From: Candidatus Brocadiia bacterium
GTDB taxonomy: Bacteria; Planctomycetota; Brocadiia; SM23-32
Length of the DNA: 64,000 nt
Direction: 5' to 3'
NCBI GenBank assembly: GCA_046538485.1
Contig: JBKHIT010000006.1
Location: 1 to 64,000, forward strand
A program made the position numbers and the translations under genes. This document shows positions 1 through 8,867 of this stretch, in pieces (position 1 is the first letter of the stretch; each line of letters opens with the position of its first letter). A model generated the notes under the pieces. It saw nothing but the letters and a program-made list of their open reading frames with translations, was not told where the DNA came from and did no database searches.

Positions 1-9
1 TCAGCGGCC

Positions 10-899
10 TACAGGTATGCCTGAAAAGAGGGTGGGCTGAAGGTCCACCACAAAAAGACGAAACGGACAGAGGACAGAGCTGTAGAGGACAGTGGTCAGC
101 GACGGCAACGGCACAGACAAACGCCACAGCGGCGAAAAATCGCCGCACTCCAGAGCCGGCTGCGCCGGCGGGGTTCATGCATGAAACGGTGCTGTTACGA
201 TTGTCCGGCACGGAGCATGGTCCGTTTCGGGATAAACGGCAGCGACAAACGGCAGGTCCGCCTCGGCGATGCGGACCTGCAGCTCTCGAGCATTGTCTGA
301 ACTCGCAACAACTCTCGGCGTCTGAAAAATTCCCACAATATACCCCGACCCTCACGTATCCGGGATGCCGCATACATGGAGGGCGTGATCGCCGAGCGCG
401 CCCTGCCGTCTGATGCCCTGAAAGGGCAGAATATAATAGCCCGGGGTGCAGACGGCTGAAGGTCGTCGGAGCCCTGGGGGTACAGGTGTGCATTCAGAAA
501 AAGGTGGGCTGAAGGCCCACCACAAAACAACGAAAGACAACGGCACAGCGGCGCCCCCGTGGGGGATTCGTTGGGCGCAGAGGTGCCTGCCATTTTAAAT
601 ATCACTGGCACTGGCATACCCCCTTCCTGGTAGTCCACTGCGACTCGCGGTCGCCGCACCCCATAGCCGGCTGCGCCGGCGGGGTTCATCCGCGAACCGG
701 AGCTGAGGCGAGTGTCCGGCACGCCGCATAGGCCGTTCCGGAACAAACGACAGCGACTCCGGGTCTGACGACCCGGTCCACAGGCTTGAGCCTCCCTCGC
801 ACAAGGCTATGGAGCCCAACGAGGCTGTCCTACATGGGGGGGCTGGAGATGCTGATCCCCTCATGTAGGGGCCACCGGGTCCCGGGGTCTGGTGCTCCC
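10..899. repeat. Composite palindromic (REP-like) repeat mosaic, locus 1: modules A(partial)-B-C at 10-246, then A-B-C-D at 415-793, plus extra hairpins
   Basis: 415-756 aligns with 52141-52575 and 547-790 with 60454-60683. Hairpins at 129-147, 252-280 (perfect 10-bp IR), 415-427, 504-520, 759-776, 829-869. Probably continues left of the window. Confidence 0.85.
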
Positions 900-1044
900 G
901 ACACCGTCACCGTATTTACGAACCCGACCACTCAGTTCAGAACAAGGTCGGACGAACGCATCCATTTGGCAAACGAAGACCCATCGGCGGTAGGATGTGG
1001 CTTGTTTTGCAATATTTCGACGTTCCGGCAAGGAAGTCCATCCC

Positions 1045-2346
1045 GTGAATTCCCACCAGGAACCAGATCTCACCGAAAAACAGAAAAAGGCGGGGATGTT
1101 GCATGCCCATATCGGTCAGTCCACGGGATTGCTGGTCAGAAAATTCCTCGTGAGCACGTCCGTTGGTCCCCTATTCGTGAAAGCCATGGGCGGTTCCGAT
1201 GTGCAGGCGATGTTGCTGGGTGGTGTGGTCTGGGGGGGAACGCTTTTGCGCATTCCAATCTCCCTGAACATCCCGCAATCCAGGGGCAAGGATTTTATGC
1301 TCAAGCTGTGGGGAATCGCGGCGGTTCTTTACCTTCTGGCACTGGCCATCCCCTCACTCATGGGAACGGGCACAATAACGGCATGGTTATTTCTTCTATT
1401 GGCTGTCGGTGGACTTTACTGCCAGCATGCGGGCACGACCTTCTGGTGGCCACTGCTTCACGATGTGGTGCCGGAGCAACAACGCGGGGAGTTTTTCGGC
1501 ATATTGCGTACGATCTGGCAACTGGTGCTTTTCTGCGCCGTCTTAGCCGCAGGTCTTTTTCTCGGCGCCGACCCGCCTCTCTGGAAGTTTCAGGTCGTGC
1601 TTATAACTGCCATTGCCCTTATGGTTTGCCGCAACTTCTTCGTGGCTCGAATTCCAGAGCGCCAGAACTATTCCGCCGAGGTAGAAAAAGTCCACTGGAA
1701 AGTTTCTCTCAAACAAATCTTTAACAATCGTCCCGCGATGCTTTTTTTCGCTTATTTTGCAATCTTCACCTTTTTTGTGAATTTCTTTCACCTGCCGGTC
1801 GTCCTGTATATGAACAATCGCCTCAATTTTTCGGTAAGTAACAACACAATGATTTTCGGTTTCAAGATTCTCGGGATGGTTCTTGCCCTGTTTCTGGTGG
1901 GAAGAACCGTGGATAAAATTGGCACGAAACGGGTTTTTGTAGCGTCTCATCTTCTTTCGTGTATCGTGGCATTTGCGATCATCGTCATTGGTATTGCCGG
2001 CGGTTCCCATACCAAACCACTCATGATAGCCATTCTCGTTCTTTCCGGGACAACAGTCGCTTCCGCCGGCCTCGCCGCCACTGCGCAGGTTTTTCATCTC
2101 GCTCCCGTGGGAGGCCGGGCGCTCTTCATGAACAGTTTTGCCGTATGCCTCATGGCCGGCTATTCTCTCGCTCCAACTACAGCAGGCCTTATTATCGACC
2201 TGGCGCCCGACGGCTGGGCCCTCCAGCTCTGGAACTATGAATTCAGCATTTACGAAACCCTTTTCGGTTTGTCCGGGATCATGCTCGTGCTCGGCCTGTT
2301 CCTTCTCAGAGGTGTCGACGACATGAAAGCTGAAGAAGAGATCTAA
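1045..2346 (+). CDS. MFS transporter
   Basis: About 12 hydrophobic segments, GRTVDKIGTKR loop motif, VPEQQRGEFFG motif; GTG start after AGGAAG. Confidence 0.8.
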   Translation: MNSHQEPDLTEKQKKAGMLHAHIGQSTGLLVRKFLVSTSVGPLFVKAMGGSDVQAMLLGGVVWGGTLLRIPISLNIPQSRGKDFMLKLWGIAAVLYLLALAIPSLMGTGTITAWLFLLLAVGGLYCQHAGTTFWWPLLHDVVPEQQRGEFFGILRTIWQLVLFCAVLAAGLFLGADPPLWKFQVVLITAIALMVCRNFFVARIPERQNYSAEVEKVHWKVSLKQIFNNRPAMLFFAYFAIFTFFVNFFHLPVVLYMNNRLNFSVSNNTMIFGFKILGMVLALFLVGRTVDKIGTKRVFVASHLLSCIVAFAIIVIGIAGGSHTKPLMIAILVLSGTTVASAGLAATAQVFHLAPVGGRALFMNSFAVCLMAGYSLAPTTAGLIIDLAPDGWALQLWNYEFSIYETLFGLSGIMLVLGLFLLRGVDDMKAEEEI

Positions 2347-2748
2347 GAACTCTGCAACTGCGTCATTGTTTGCACAGCCAGCGTGCACCTATAGTTAATT
2401 TGAGCGCTTTCATATAAGTATCCTGAAGTTTTGAGAGAAACAGCAACATCGGCATCCCTCTCGGCACACCGTGTCCGCCATACCACGGACGAAGCTACAA
2501 GAACCGAAGCCGGCCCTTTTAAGAAACTGACCGGGAAAGTTTCCGGGCTCATGGCTAAAGTGCCGCCAACCCCCGACGAGGGCACTCTTTTGAATGAGAT
2601 CGAAACGCTGTTATCATAAATTATACATGCATCTTTGGGACCGTCTGGTACACGAGTTACAATCTCCCACGTTGGAACGTTCCCTCAGAAACGTGTATAT
2701 TAAGACTTTATTACATTTCGGGCTCAATCTACAGCTCTGGAGAAACTT

Positions 2749-4410
2749 GTGAAAAGAGAACTGAAAAGCAAAATTTTAAAAATTGAACCTTCCCGCGAGG
2801 TCCCTGTTGAAATCTCGGAACTGATTGATCTGGAAGAAGGCACGCCCGAACTTCTGGAAGAGACTTTCCCATATTCTCAAGTCCCTCAAGTTACATTTGA
2901 GGGGAAAGCACAGGAACACATCGACGGTGAACTCGTGGAATTTGACTTTGATGAACGCACAGAACGTAATCTCGTTATAAGCGATACGACGTTCAGGGAC
3001 GGGCAACAGGCCCGGCCACCTTACAGCAAGAAACAGATTGTTGATCTTTACAAACTGCTCGGCAAACTGGGCGGGCCGAATCAAATTATCCACAACAGCG
3101 AATTCTTCCTGTATTCCGACAGCGATATCGAAGCCGTCGAGGCCTGTCTGGAAGAATACGAAAGCGACCCGTCTCTCCCCCAACCCACTGCATGGATCCG
3201 CGGTCTGAGTGAAGATTCTCTTTACCTGAAACTCATGCAGCATATGGGGATCAAGGAGACAGGATTGTTAAGTTCTTGCTCCGATTACCACATTTTTCTG
3301 AAACTGCACAAAAACTGGAAAACCGCCGCAGAAGAATATCTCAGCATGGCGAAACAGGCAGCCGAGCGGGACATCCGGGTTCGTTTTCATCTGGAAGATA
3401 TTACGCGCTCGAATATAGACGGTTTTGTTCTGCCGTTCTGCGAGCAGATTGCTACATTCGCCCAGGAACTGCCCGAGGAGCTCAAACCGAAGGTGCGGCT
3501 CTGTGATACCATGGGGTTTGGTCTCCCCTACCCCGGTGTTGAGCTCCCGAGAAGCATCCCCAAGCTTTGCTACAAAATTCAGCAGGCGGGAATCCCGGCC
3601 GAAAGGATGGAATGGCATGGGCACAACGATTTCCACCACGTCATTGCGAACGCAGTGGCCGGCTGGCTGTACGGGTGCGACATTTTAAACGGTACGCTGC
3701 TCGGTTTCGGCGAGCGAACCGGGAATCCCCCGATCGAAGGTGCAATCATAATGTACCGGGCGCTGAAAGGCCCTAACGGAACCAATACGGAAGCGATCAC
3801 CGAGATTGCCGAGTACTTCCGATCAATGGGAGTTCAAATCCCGCCCAATTATCCGCTCGTCGGGGACGACTCCAACCGAACCAGAGCCGGTATACACGGC
3901 GGCGGTCTGATGATGGACGAACGGATTTACCAGATTTTCGATACCACGCGTCTGCTTGGACGACCACCATCCATCGCCATCACGGACAAGTCCGGTCTCG
4001 GAGGTATCGCCTACTGGGTGCAGTGTTATCTGGCCCAGGACGTGGCCGAGAGAACGGAAATTACGGTCAAGAAGACGCGGCTCATCCAGATCGCCAAGTG
4101 GGTCGATTACCAGTACGACGAGAAAGGCCGCACGACGGCCATTTCGGAACCCGAGATGGTGGGGCAGCTTCTGCTTCACCTCCCTGAAGCCAGCGTCCCG
4201 GCCTACATCAACAAACGATTCAACCTGAGCGGAGAGGCCAGCGTTAGTGCTGACGACTGCGGGCCGGTGATCGCCTGGATCAAGGACGAGAAGAAACGCC
4301 GGCGGGAGGAATTCCGCGATCAGGGCCGCAAGCGTGAACCGCTACCGGGCATCGAAACCGACACCCTTGACAATCTCGTACACCAACATCTGCCCCATCT
4401 TTTCGAGTAA
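2749..4410 (+). CDS. Re-citrate synthase-like DRE-TIM metallolyase (LeuA/homocitrate synthase superfamily)
   Basis: SDTTFRDGQQARPPY, CDTMGFG, EWHGHNDF, GFGERTGN, TRAGIH motifs. Confidence 0.8.
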   Translation: MKRELKSKILKIEPSREVPVEISELIDLEEGTPELLEETFPYSQVPQVTFEGKAQEHIDGELVEFDFDERTERNLVISDTTFRDGQQARPPYSKKQIVDLYKLLGKLGGPNQIIHNSEFFLYSDSDIEAVEACLEEYESDPSLPQPTAWIRGLSEDSLYLKLMQHMGIKETGLLSSCSDYHIFLKLHKNWKTAAEEYLSMAKQAAERDIRVRFHLEDITRSNIDGFVLPFCEQIATFAQELPEELKPKVRLCDTMGFGLPYPGVELPRSIPKLCYKIQQAGIPAERMEWHGHNDFHHVIANAVAGWLYGCDILNGTLLGFGERTGNPPIEGAIIMYRALKGPNGTNTEAITEIAEYFRSMGVQIPPNYPLVGDDSNRTRAGIHGGGLMMDERIYQIFDTTRLLGRPPSIAITDKSGLGGIAYWVQCYLAQDVAERTEITVKKTRLIQIAKWVDYQYDEKGRTTAISEPEMVGQLLLHLPEASVPAYINKRFNLSGEASVSADDCGPVIAWIKDEKKRRREEFRDQGRKREPLPGIETDTLDNLVHQHLPHLFE

Positions 4411-4542
4411 TTCCGTGCGGACCCGGTCTTTCCAGTTGTAAACCCGTATCCATGCGGGTAGAGTGTATCCCTGTTAGCGAGAACTGTGTTTCTGCTGATT
4501 TCGCTTTTTATCTTGCTTTAACTTACATCGTGGAGGGTAGCA

Positions 4543-5058
4543 ATGGACGATTCGCAGGAAAACATGCCCGAAGAAGACCTGCCTGAAGAAGATGAAGTCG
4601 GAAAAGATCAGCCCGCTCCGCCAGCCCCAGATGCGGAGGAAGAAAAAGACAGCGAAGCGGAACCGGGAGAGACGCCGGACGCGGGAGAACCGGCAGAAGT
4701 TGCAGAGACGGAAGAACCCGCTGCCATAGCAGCATCCGACGACGATCGCACTATGGGAATGCTGTGCCATCTCCTCGGCATTTTCACCGGGTTCCTTGGC
4801 CCGCTCATTATCTGGCTTGTCAAGAAGGATGATTCAGACTTTGTCGATGATCAGGGCAAAGAAGCGCTGAACTTCCAGCTCACTCTGCTGATCGCGTACA
4901 TAATCTCTTTCGGCCCCTTGAATCTTCTTTTTTGCATCGGTTCGATCATCGGCATGGTCATTTGGATTGTAGCACTCATTTTTTCAATAATGGCTACTGT
5001 CCGCGCCAAAAACGGTGAGCTCTACCGCTATCCGATTAACATTCGCATGATTAAGTAG
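4543..5058 (+). CDS. DUF4870 membrane protein with acidic disordered N-terminus
   Basis: LCHLLG...GPLIIWL...QGKEALNFQ...YRYP; RBS GGAGG. Confidence 0.85.
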   Translation: MDDSQENMPEEDLPEEDEVGKDQPAPPAPDAEEEKDSEAEPGETPDAGEPAEVAETEEPAAIAASDDDRTMGMLCHLLGIFTGFLGPLIIWLVKKDDSDFVDDQGKEALNFQLTLLIAYIISFGPLNLLFCIGSIIGMVIWIVALIFSIMATVRAKNGELYRYPINIRMIK

Positions 5059-5088
5059 GATATCGCACCGCATTAAAAAAACCGATTG

Positions 5089-5130
5089 GAGCGCCGCAGC
5101 AAAAGTTCCCTGTGGCGCTCTTTGTTTTTT
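5089..5130 (+). terminator. Intrinsic terminator between convergent DUF4870 and uvrB genes (possibly bidirectional)
   Basis: GAGCGCCGCAG/CTGTGGCGCTC 11-bp stem followed by TTTGTTTTTT; A-run just upstream. Confidence 0.7.
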
Positions 5131-5159
5131 AAATCCTCACTTAAGCGCCGGACCACGGC

Positions 5160-7133
5160 TCAGCTTTTTTCTTTCAGCCCCTCAATTCTGTCCCTCAACT
5201 CAGCCGCCATTTCAAAGTCCAGCCGGTCGGCTGCCTTTTCCATTTCCGCCTGAAGTTCGTCAATTCTGTTTGCCGTCACATAATCCTCTTCCTTTTCAGC
5301 CGCCACAGGCGTCTCCACGCGTCTTTGCCAGGCCGCAACTTCGTAACCGATTCCTTTGCCAATTTCTTTATGAATAGTTTCCGGTTCAATATCGTTTTCC
5401 CGGTTATGCTCGATCTGTATCTCACGGCGCCTTTCGGTTTCCTCGATTGCGCGTTTCATAGAATCAGTCACTTCATCCGCGTACAGGATAACCCGCGCGT
5501 TCACGTTGCGGGCACAGCGCCCTATCGTTTGCACCAATGACGTCTCCGATCGCAGAAAACCTTCCCGGTCCGCATCAAGTATCGCAACCAGAGACACCTC
5601 CGGCAAATCAAGTCCCTCCCGCAGCAGGTTCACTCCCACAACAACGTCGTATTTGCCGCGTCTGAGGTCGTTCAGAATCTTCACCCTTTCCAGCGTCTCA
5701 ACCTCACTGTGAAGGTACGAACAGCGAATGTTTTCATTCTGAAGAAATTCCGACAGATCTTCGGCAAGACGTTTTGTAAGTGTCGTAACGAGTGTGCGCT
5801 CATCCTTTTCCGCCTGCTCCCGAATTCGCTGGATGACGTCCTGCACCTGTCCACGCGCTGATACCACCTCAATCTCCGGGTCGACCAGACCGGTTGGGCG
5901 AATTATCTGTTCGACAACTTCCCCGCCGCTCTTCTCGATCTCATATTCTTCAGGCGTAGCGGAAACAAAAAGTACCCGATTTAACATTTCCTCCCACTCT
6001 TCGAACTTAAGAGGTCGGTTATCGAGAGCCGAGGGCAGGCGGAAACCGTGGTCGACAAGCGTTTGTTTGCGTGAGCGGTCGCCGTGGTACATCGCATGAA
6101 CCTGAGGCACGGTTTGATGTGACTCATCAACGATACAAAGATAATCGTCCGGGAAGTAATCGAGCAGACAAGCCGGACGTTCCCCCGGTTCCCGACCGCT
6201 CAGGTGGCGCGCATAGTTCTCGACCCCCGGACAGAATCCCACTTCGGATATCAGTTCCATATCATATCGGGTTCTGGCTTCGAGCCGCTGAGCTTCAGCT
6301 GCTTTGCCTTGCTCTCGCAGCTCTTCGAGCCGTTTTTCGAGTTCTTTCTCAATACTTTGCAAAACTCCTTCAAGCCGGTCAGGTGGCGTCACAAAATGGT
6401 TCGCAGGATACAGTGTTACCTCACTTGTCCGCTCAAGCTGGCGTCCACTCAGAGGGTCAATCAGCGCTATACGGTCGACGCAATCCCCGAAAAAATCAAC
6501 GCGGAAAGCAATTTCATCATAGGCCGGATAGATTTCCACAATGTCGCCACGCGCTCTGAATGTGCCACGTTTCAGTTCGGTATCGCTGCGTTTATACTGC
6601 AGTTCCACCAATTCTTCGAGCAAAGCATCCCGTTCTCTCTCTTCGTTCACAACCACGCGCAGGTACATCTGCCGATAATCCTCGGGCGAACCGATACCGT
6701 AGATACACGAGACACTGGCTACAATGACAACGTCGCGCCGTTCCATAAGACGTGTGGTAGCCGCCAGGCGCAGGCGGTCGATATCCTGATTAATTGAAGA
6801 ATCTTTGGCGATGTAGAGATCCCGGCTCGGCACGTAAGCTTCGGGCTGGTAATAATCATAATAACTCACGAAATACCCAACCGCATTTTCAGGGAAAAAC
6901 TGCTTGAACTCGCTATAGAGCTGAGCCGCCAGCGTTTTGTTATGGCTCATTACCAGAGTTGGCAAACCCAGATTCTGTATGACATGGGCCATGGTGAACG
7001 TCTTCCCCGTACCTGTCGCGCCCAGCAGTGTCTCATACTTGCTGTCTGCCTGAAAATGTTCGGTCAACTCACGTATGGCTTCCGGCTGATCCCCGGCAGG
7101 CTCGAAATCGGCATGGAGATTGAAGTTTGCCAT
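5160..7133 (-). CDS. uvrB: Excinuclease ABC subunit B
   Basis: GATGTGKT, HNKTLAAQLYSEFK, YFVSYYDYYQPEAY, DESH, C-terminal UVR domain. Confidence 0.98.
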   Translation of the reverse strand: MANFNLHADFEPAGDQPEAIRELTEHFQADSKYETLLGATGTGKTFTMAHVIQNLGLPTLVMSHNKTLAAQLYSEFKQFFPENAVGYFVSYYDYYQPEAYVPSRDLYIAKDSSINQDIDRLRLAATTRLMERRDVVIVASVSCIYGIGSPEDYRQMYLRVVVNEERERDALLEELVELQYKRSDTELKRGTFRARGDIVEIYPAYDEIAFRVDFFGDCVDRIALIDPLSGRQLERTSEVTLYPANHFVTPPDRLEGVLQSIEKELEKRLEELREQGKAAEAQRLEARTRYDMELISEVGFCPGVENYARHLSGREPGERPACLLDYFPDDYLCIVDESHQTVPQVHAMYHGDRSRKQTLVDHGFRLPSALDNRPLKFEEWEEMLNRVLFVSATPEEYEIEKSGGEVVEQIIRPTGLVDPEIEVVSARGQVQDVIQRIREQAEKDERTLVTTLTKRLAEDLSEFLQNENIRCSYLHSEVETLERVKILNDLRRGKYDVVVGVNLLREGLDLPEVSLVAILDADREGFLRSETSLVQTIGRCARNVNARVILYADEVTDSMKRAIEETERRREIQIEHNRENDIEPETIHKEIGKGIGYEVAAWQRRVETPVAAEKEEDYVTANRIDELQAEMEKAADRLDFEMAAELRDRIEGLKEKS

Positions 7134-7150
7134 TGATACGTCCCGCCAAC

Positions 7151-7546
7151 CTACTTTGAACGAGAATTATCCTTTACATCGGGCGGGACACACATCACAT
7201 GCGGCCGCAGCTTCTCGATCGTTTTGGGCCCAACGCCCCGTATTTTCTCAAGATCATCTATGTGCTCAAAAGGTGCTTGTCCTCGCCGATATCGGACAAT
7301 TTCCTTCGCTGTTACTTTTCCGATCCCTGGCAAAAGTTGCAACTCATATGCTTTTGCATTGTTCAAATCCAATCTTTCAGGATAGCCCAAACGTTCGGGG
7401 ACGTTTACCACTTCGAACCCTCCGCCCCGGCGCATTGCCCGCACAGTTTGGGTTATGCTCAAGCCTGCAATCGCCAGGGCTGCGGCTATTACAAGCACAC
7501 GCAATTCACGACCCGAAAGCTGGAACCATCTACTTTGCCACTTCAT
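7151..7546 (-). CDS. comEA: ComEA-family helix-hairpin-helix DNA-binding membrane protein
   Basis: N-terminal TM, LDLNNA, LPGIG and IRGVGPKT HhH motifs. Confidence 0.85.
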   Translation of the reverse strand: MKWQSRWFQLSGRELRVLVIAAALAIAGLSITQTVRAMRRGGGFEVVNVPERLGYPERLDLNNAKAYELQLLPGIGKVTAKEIVRYRRGQAPFEHIDDLEKIRGVGPKTIEKLRPHVMCVPPDVKDNSRSK

Positions 7547-8825
7547 TTTCTTTGGATGAATGATTTTCGCTTCGCGCTTTTGATTTCAGGGATCTCCGCA
7601 GAGATCGGGGAACAGTGCTACGAGGTGTTTTCTCTGCAATAATACCGCACCCCTCTTTCCGCTTAACGTAATACCCTCGGTATATCCAGTTTTTGTGGTG
7701 GTTGCAAAAAACACTCGGGAAGCTTGTTCTTGAATTCCGGAGAAGGATAAAACTGCAACCATCAAAAGAACCGTCATTTTCACACCGGAACAGCTCATCT
7801 AAGGATTTATCATCCACCCGAACTTGAACAGGTCCTCGGGAAGATTGGAGTGTCACAGTGTCCCCTTTGAGCTTTTGCAAATCCGTTTTTAGTTTTTCCA
7901 GGCTATCGAAACGCCTCGGATCGCCATAAGCCATAAGTCCGAGGGCGAGGATTCTCTCAATCTTGTTTCGACACTCACTTTCATCCGTTTCCAGTTCTGA
8001 GATGTACTTTGCCCATGCCCGCTCGAATCCCCGGATATTCGTCCCAAAAGCCTCGTGAAATGCTTCCCTGGGTTTTTCGCCTCGGCCGAGCTTTTTAAGA
8101 TATTTCCAGACACGCGGCTGATAGCGCCCCCCTCTGGCGTGAATAAGAAAATGGACAACAGACCAGGCCTCGTTATACTGCAGCCTTGCCCTCTGCGGCG
8201 AATCCTCAATGGCTTTCCCCCAACTCAACGTATCGAGTTGAATAAGTTCCAGAAGAGGTATATGGGATTTTTTTTCCACAGCCGGTTGAATTATTCGCAA
8301 ACGATAACCGGGAACACGACCAACATCGAAGCCTCGCCCGGTCCACTCAGCTTCCGCAAAGTATTCGGCGAAGCCTTCATTGATCCAGATCGGTGCGTCC
8401 CTGGTAATACACGAGTACATGAACTGGTGAAAACCTTCGTGGTAGAGTGTGCGCAGAACGCGCTCTTCGGAAAACTGCTCCTTATACGCCACAAGCAGTT
8501 GCATCGAAGGGATAAACGCTCCGCAAGATCCTTTAATCACAGGCATACGCCCCTCGTAATCCCTGCGGCTTTTATATACGTTGACCTGAAACCTTCCTTC
8601 TGCTTCAAGATCAAACCCCCGAAACCGGCGCCCGTACTCGGCATAAATCGCTTCCATACGTTGGGCCAGAAGCCGGGCAAAATCAGGTCCCACGTCTGTC
8701 AGAACTCTGTAATGGGGTGTCTTAAGTTTATAAAGCCGCGCCTCCACGCGGGAGACCGACAATATCCCCGTCAGCAGAAAAGCCGCGAAAATAATCGTCA
8801 ACAAATTAATCCGGTCTGATCGCAT
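7530..8825 (-). CDS. Secreted DUF1570/gluzincin-like metallopeptidase
   Basis: Signal peptide, LYHEGFHQF, WINEGFAEYF, YNEAWSVVHFL. Confidence 0.8.
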   Translation of the reverse strand: MRSDRINLLTIIFAAFLLTGILSVSRVEARLYKLKTPHYRVLTDVGPDFARLLAQRMEAIYAEYGRRFRGFDLEAEGRFQVNVYKSRRDYEGRMPVIKGSCGAFIPSMQLLVAYKEQFSEERVLRTLYHEGFHQFMYSCITRDAPIWINEGFAEYFAEAEWTGRGFDVGRVPGYRLRIIQPAVEKKSHIPLLELIQLDTLSWGKAIEDSPQRARLQYNEAWSVVHFLIHARGGRYQPRVWKYLKKLGRGEKPREAFHEAFGTNIRGFERAWAKYISELETDESECRNKIERILALGLMAYGDPRRFDSLEKLKTDLQKLKGDTVTLQSSRGPVQVRVDDKSLDELFRCENDGSFDGCSFILLRNSRTSFPSVFCNHHKNWIYRGYYVKRKEGCGIIAEKTPRSTVPRSLRRSLKSKARSENHSSKENEVAK

Positions 8826-8867
8826 TATTCCTTCTCAGCAGACTTCTTGAGACAACTACTGCCCCTT

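Noticed and set aside
195..746. ORFs over the repeat mosaics (195-746, 177-413, 51612-52268, 51993-52274, 52288-52608, 57995-58279)
   Set aside because: Their mutual peptide similarity is explained by the shared non-coding repeats; frames and stops are not conserved between copies.
2440..2595. Several short hairpins upstream of the Re-citrate synthase gene (possible riboswitch or ncRNA)
   Set aside because: Stems are only 5-7 bp in GC-rich DNA and match no riboswitch consensus I recognise.
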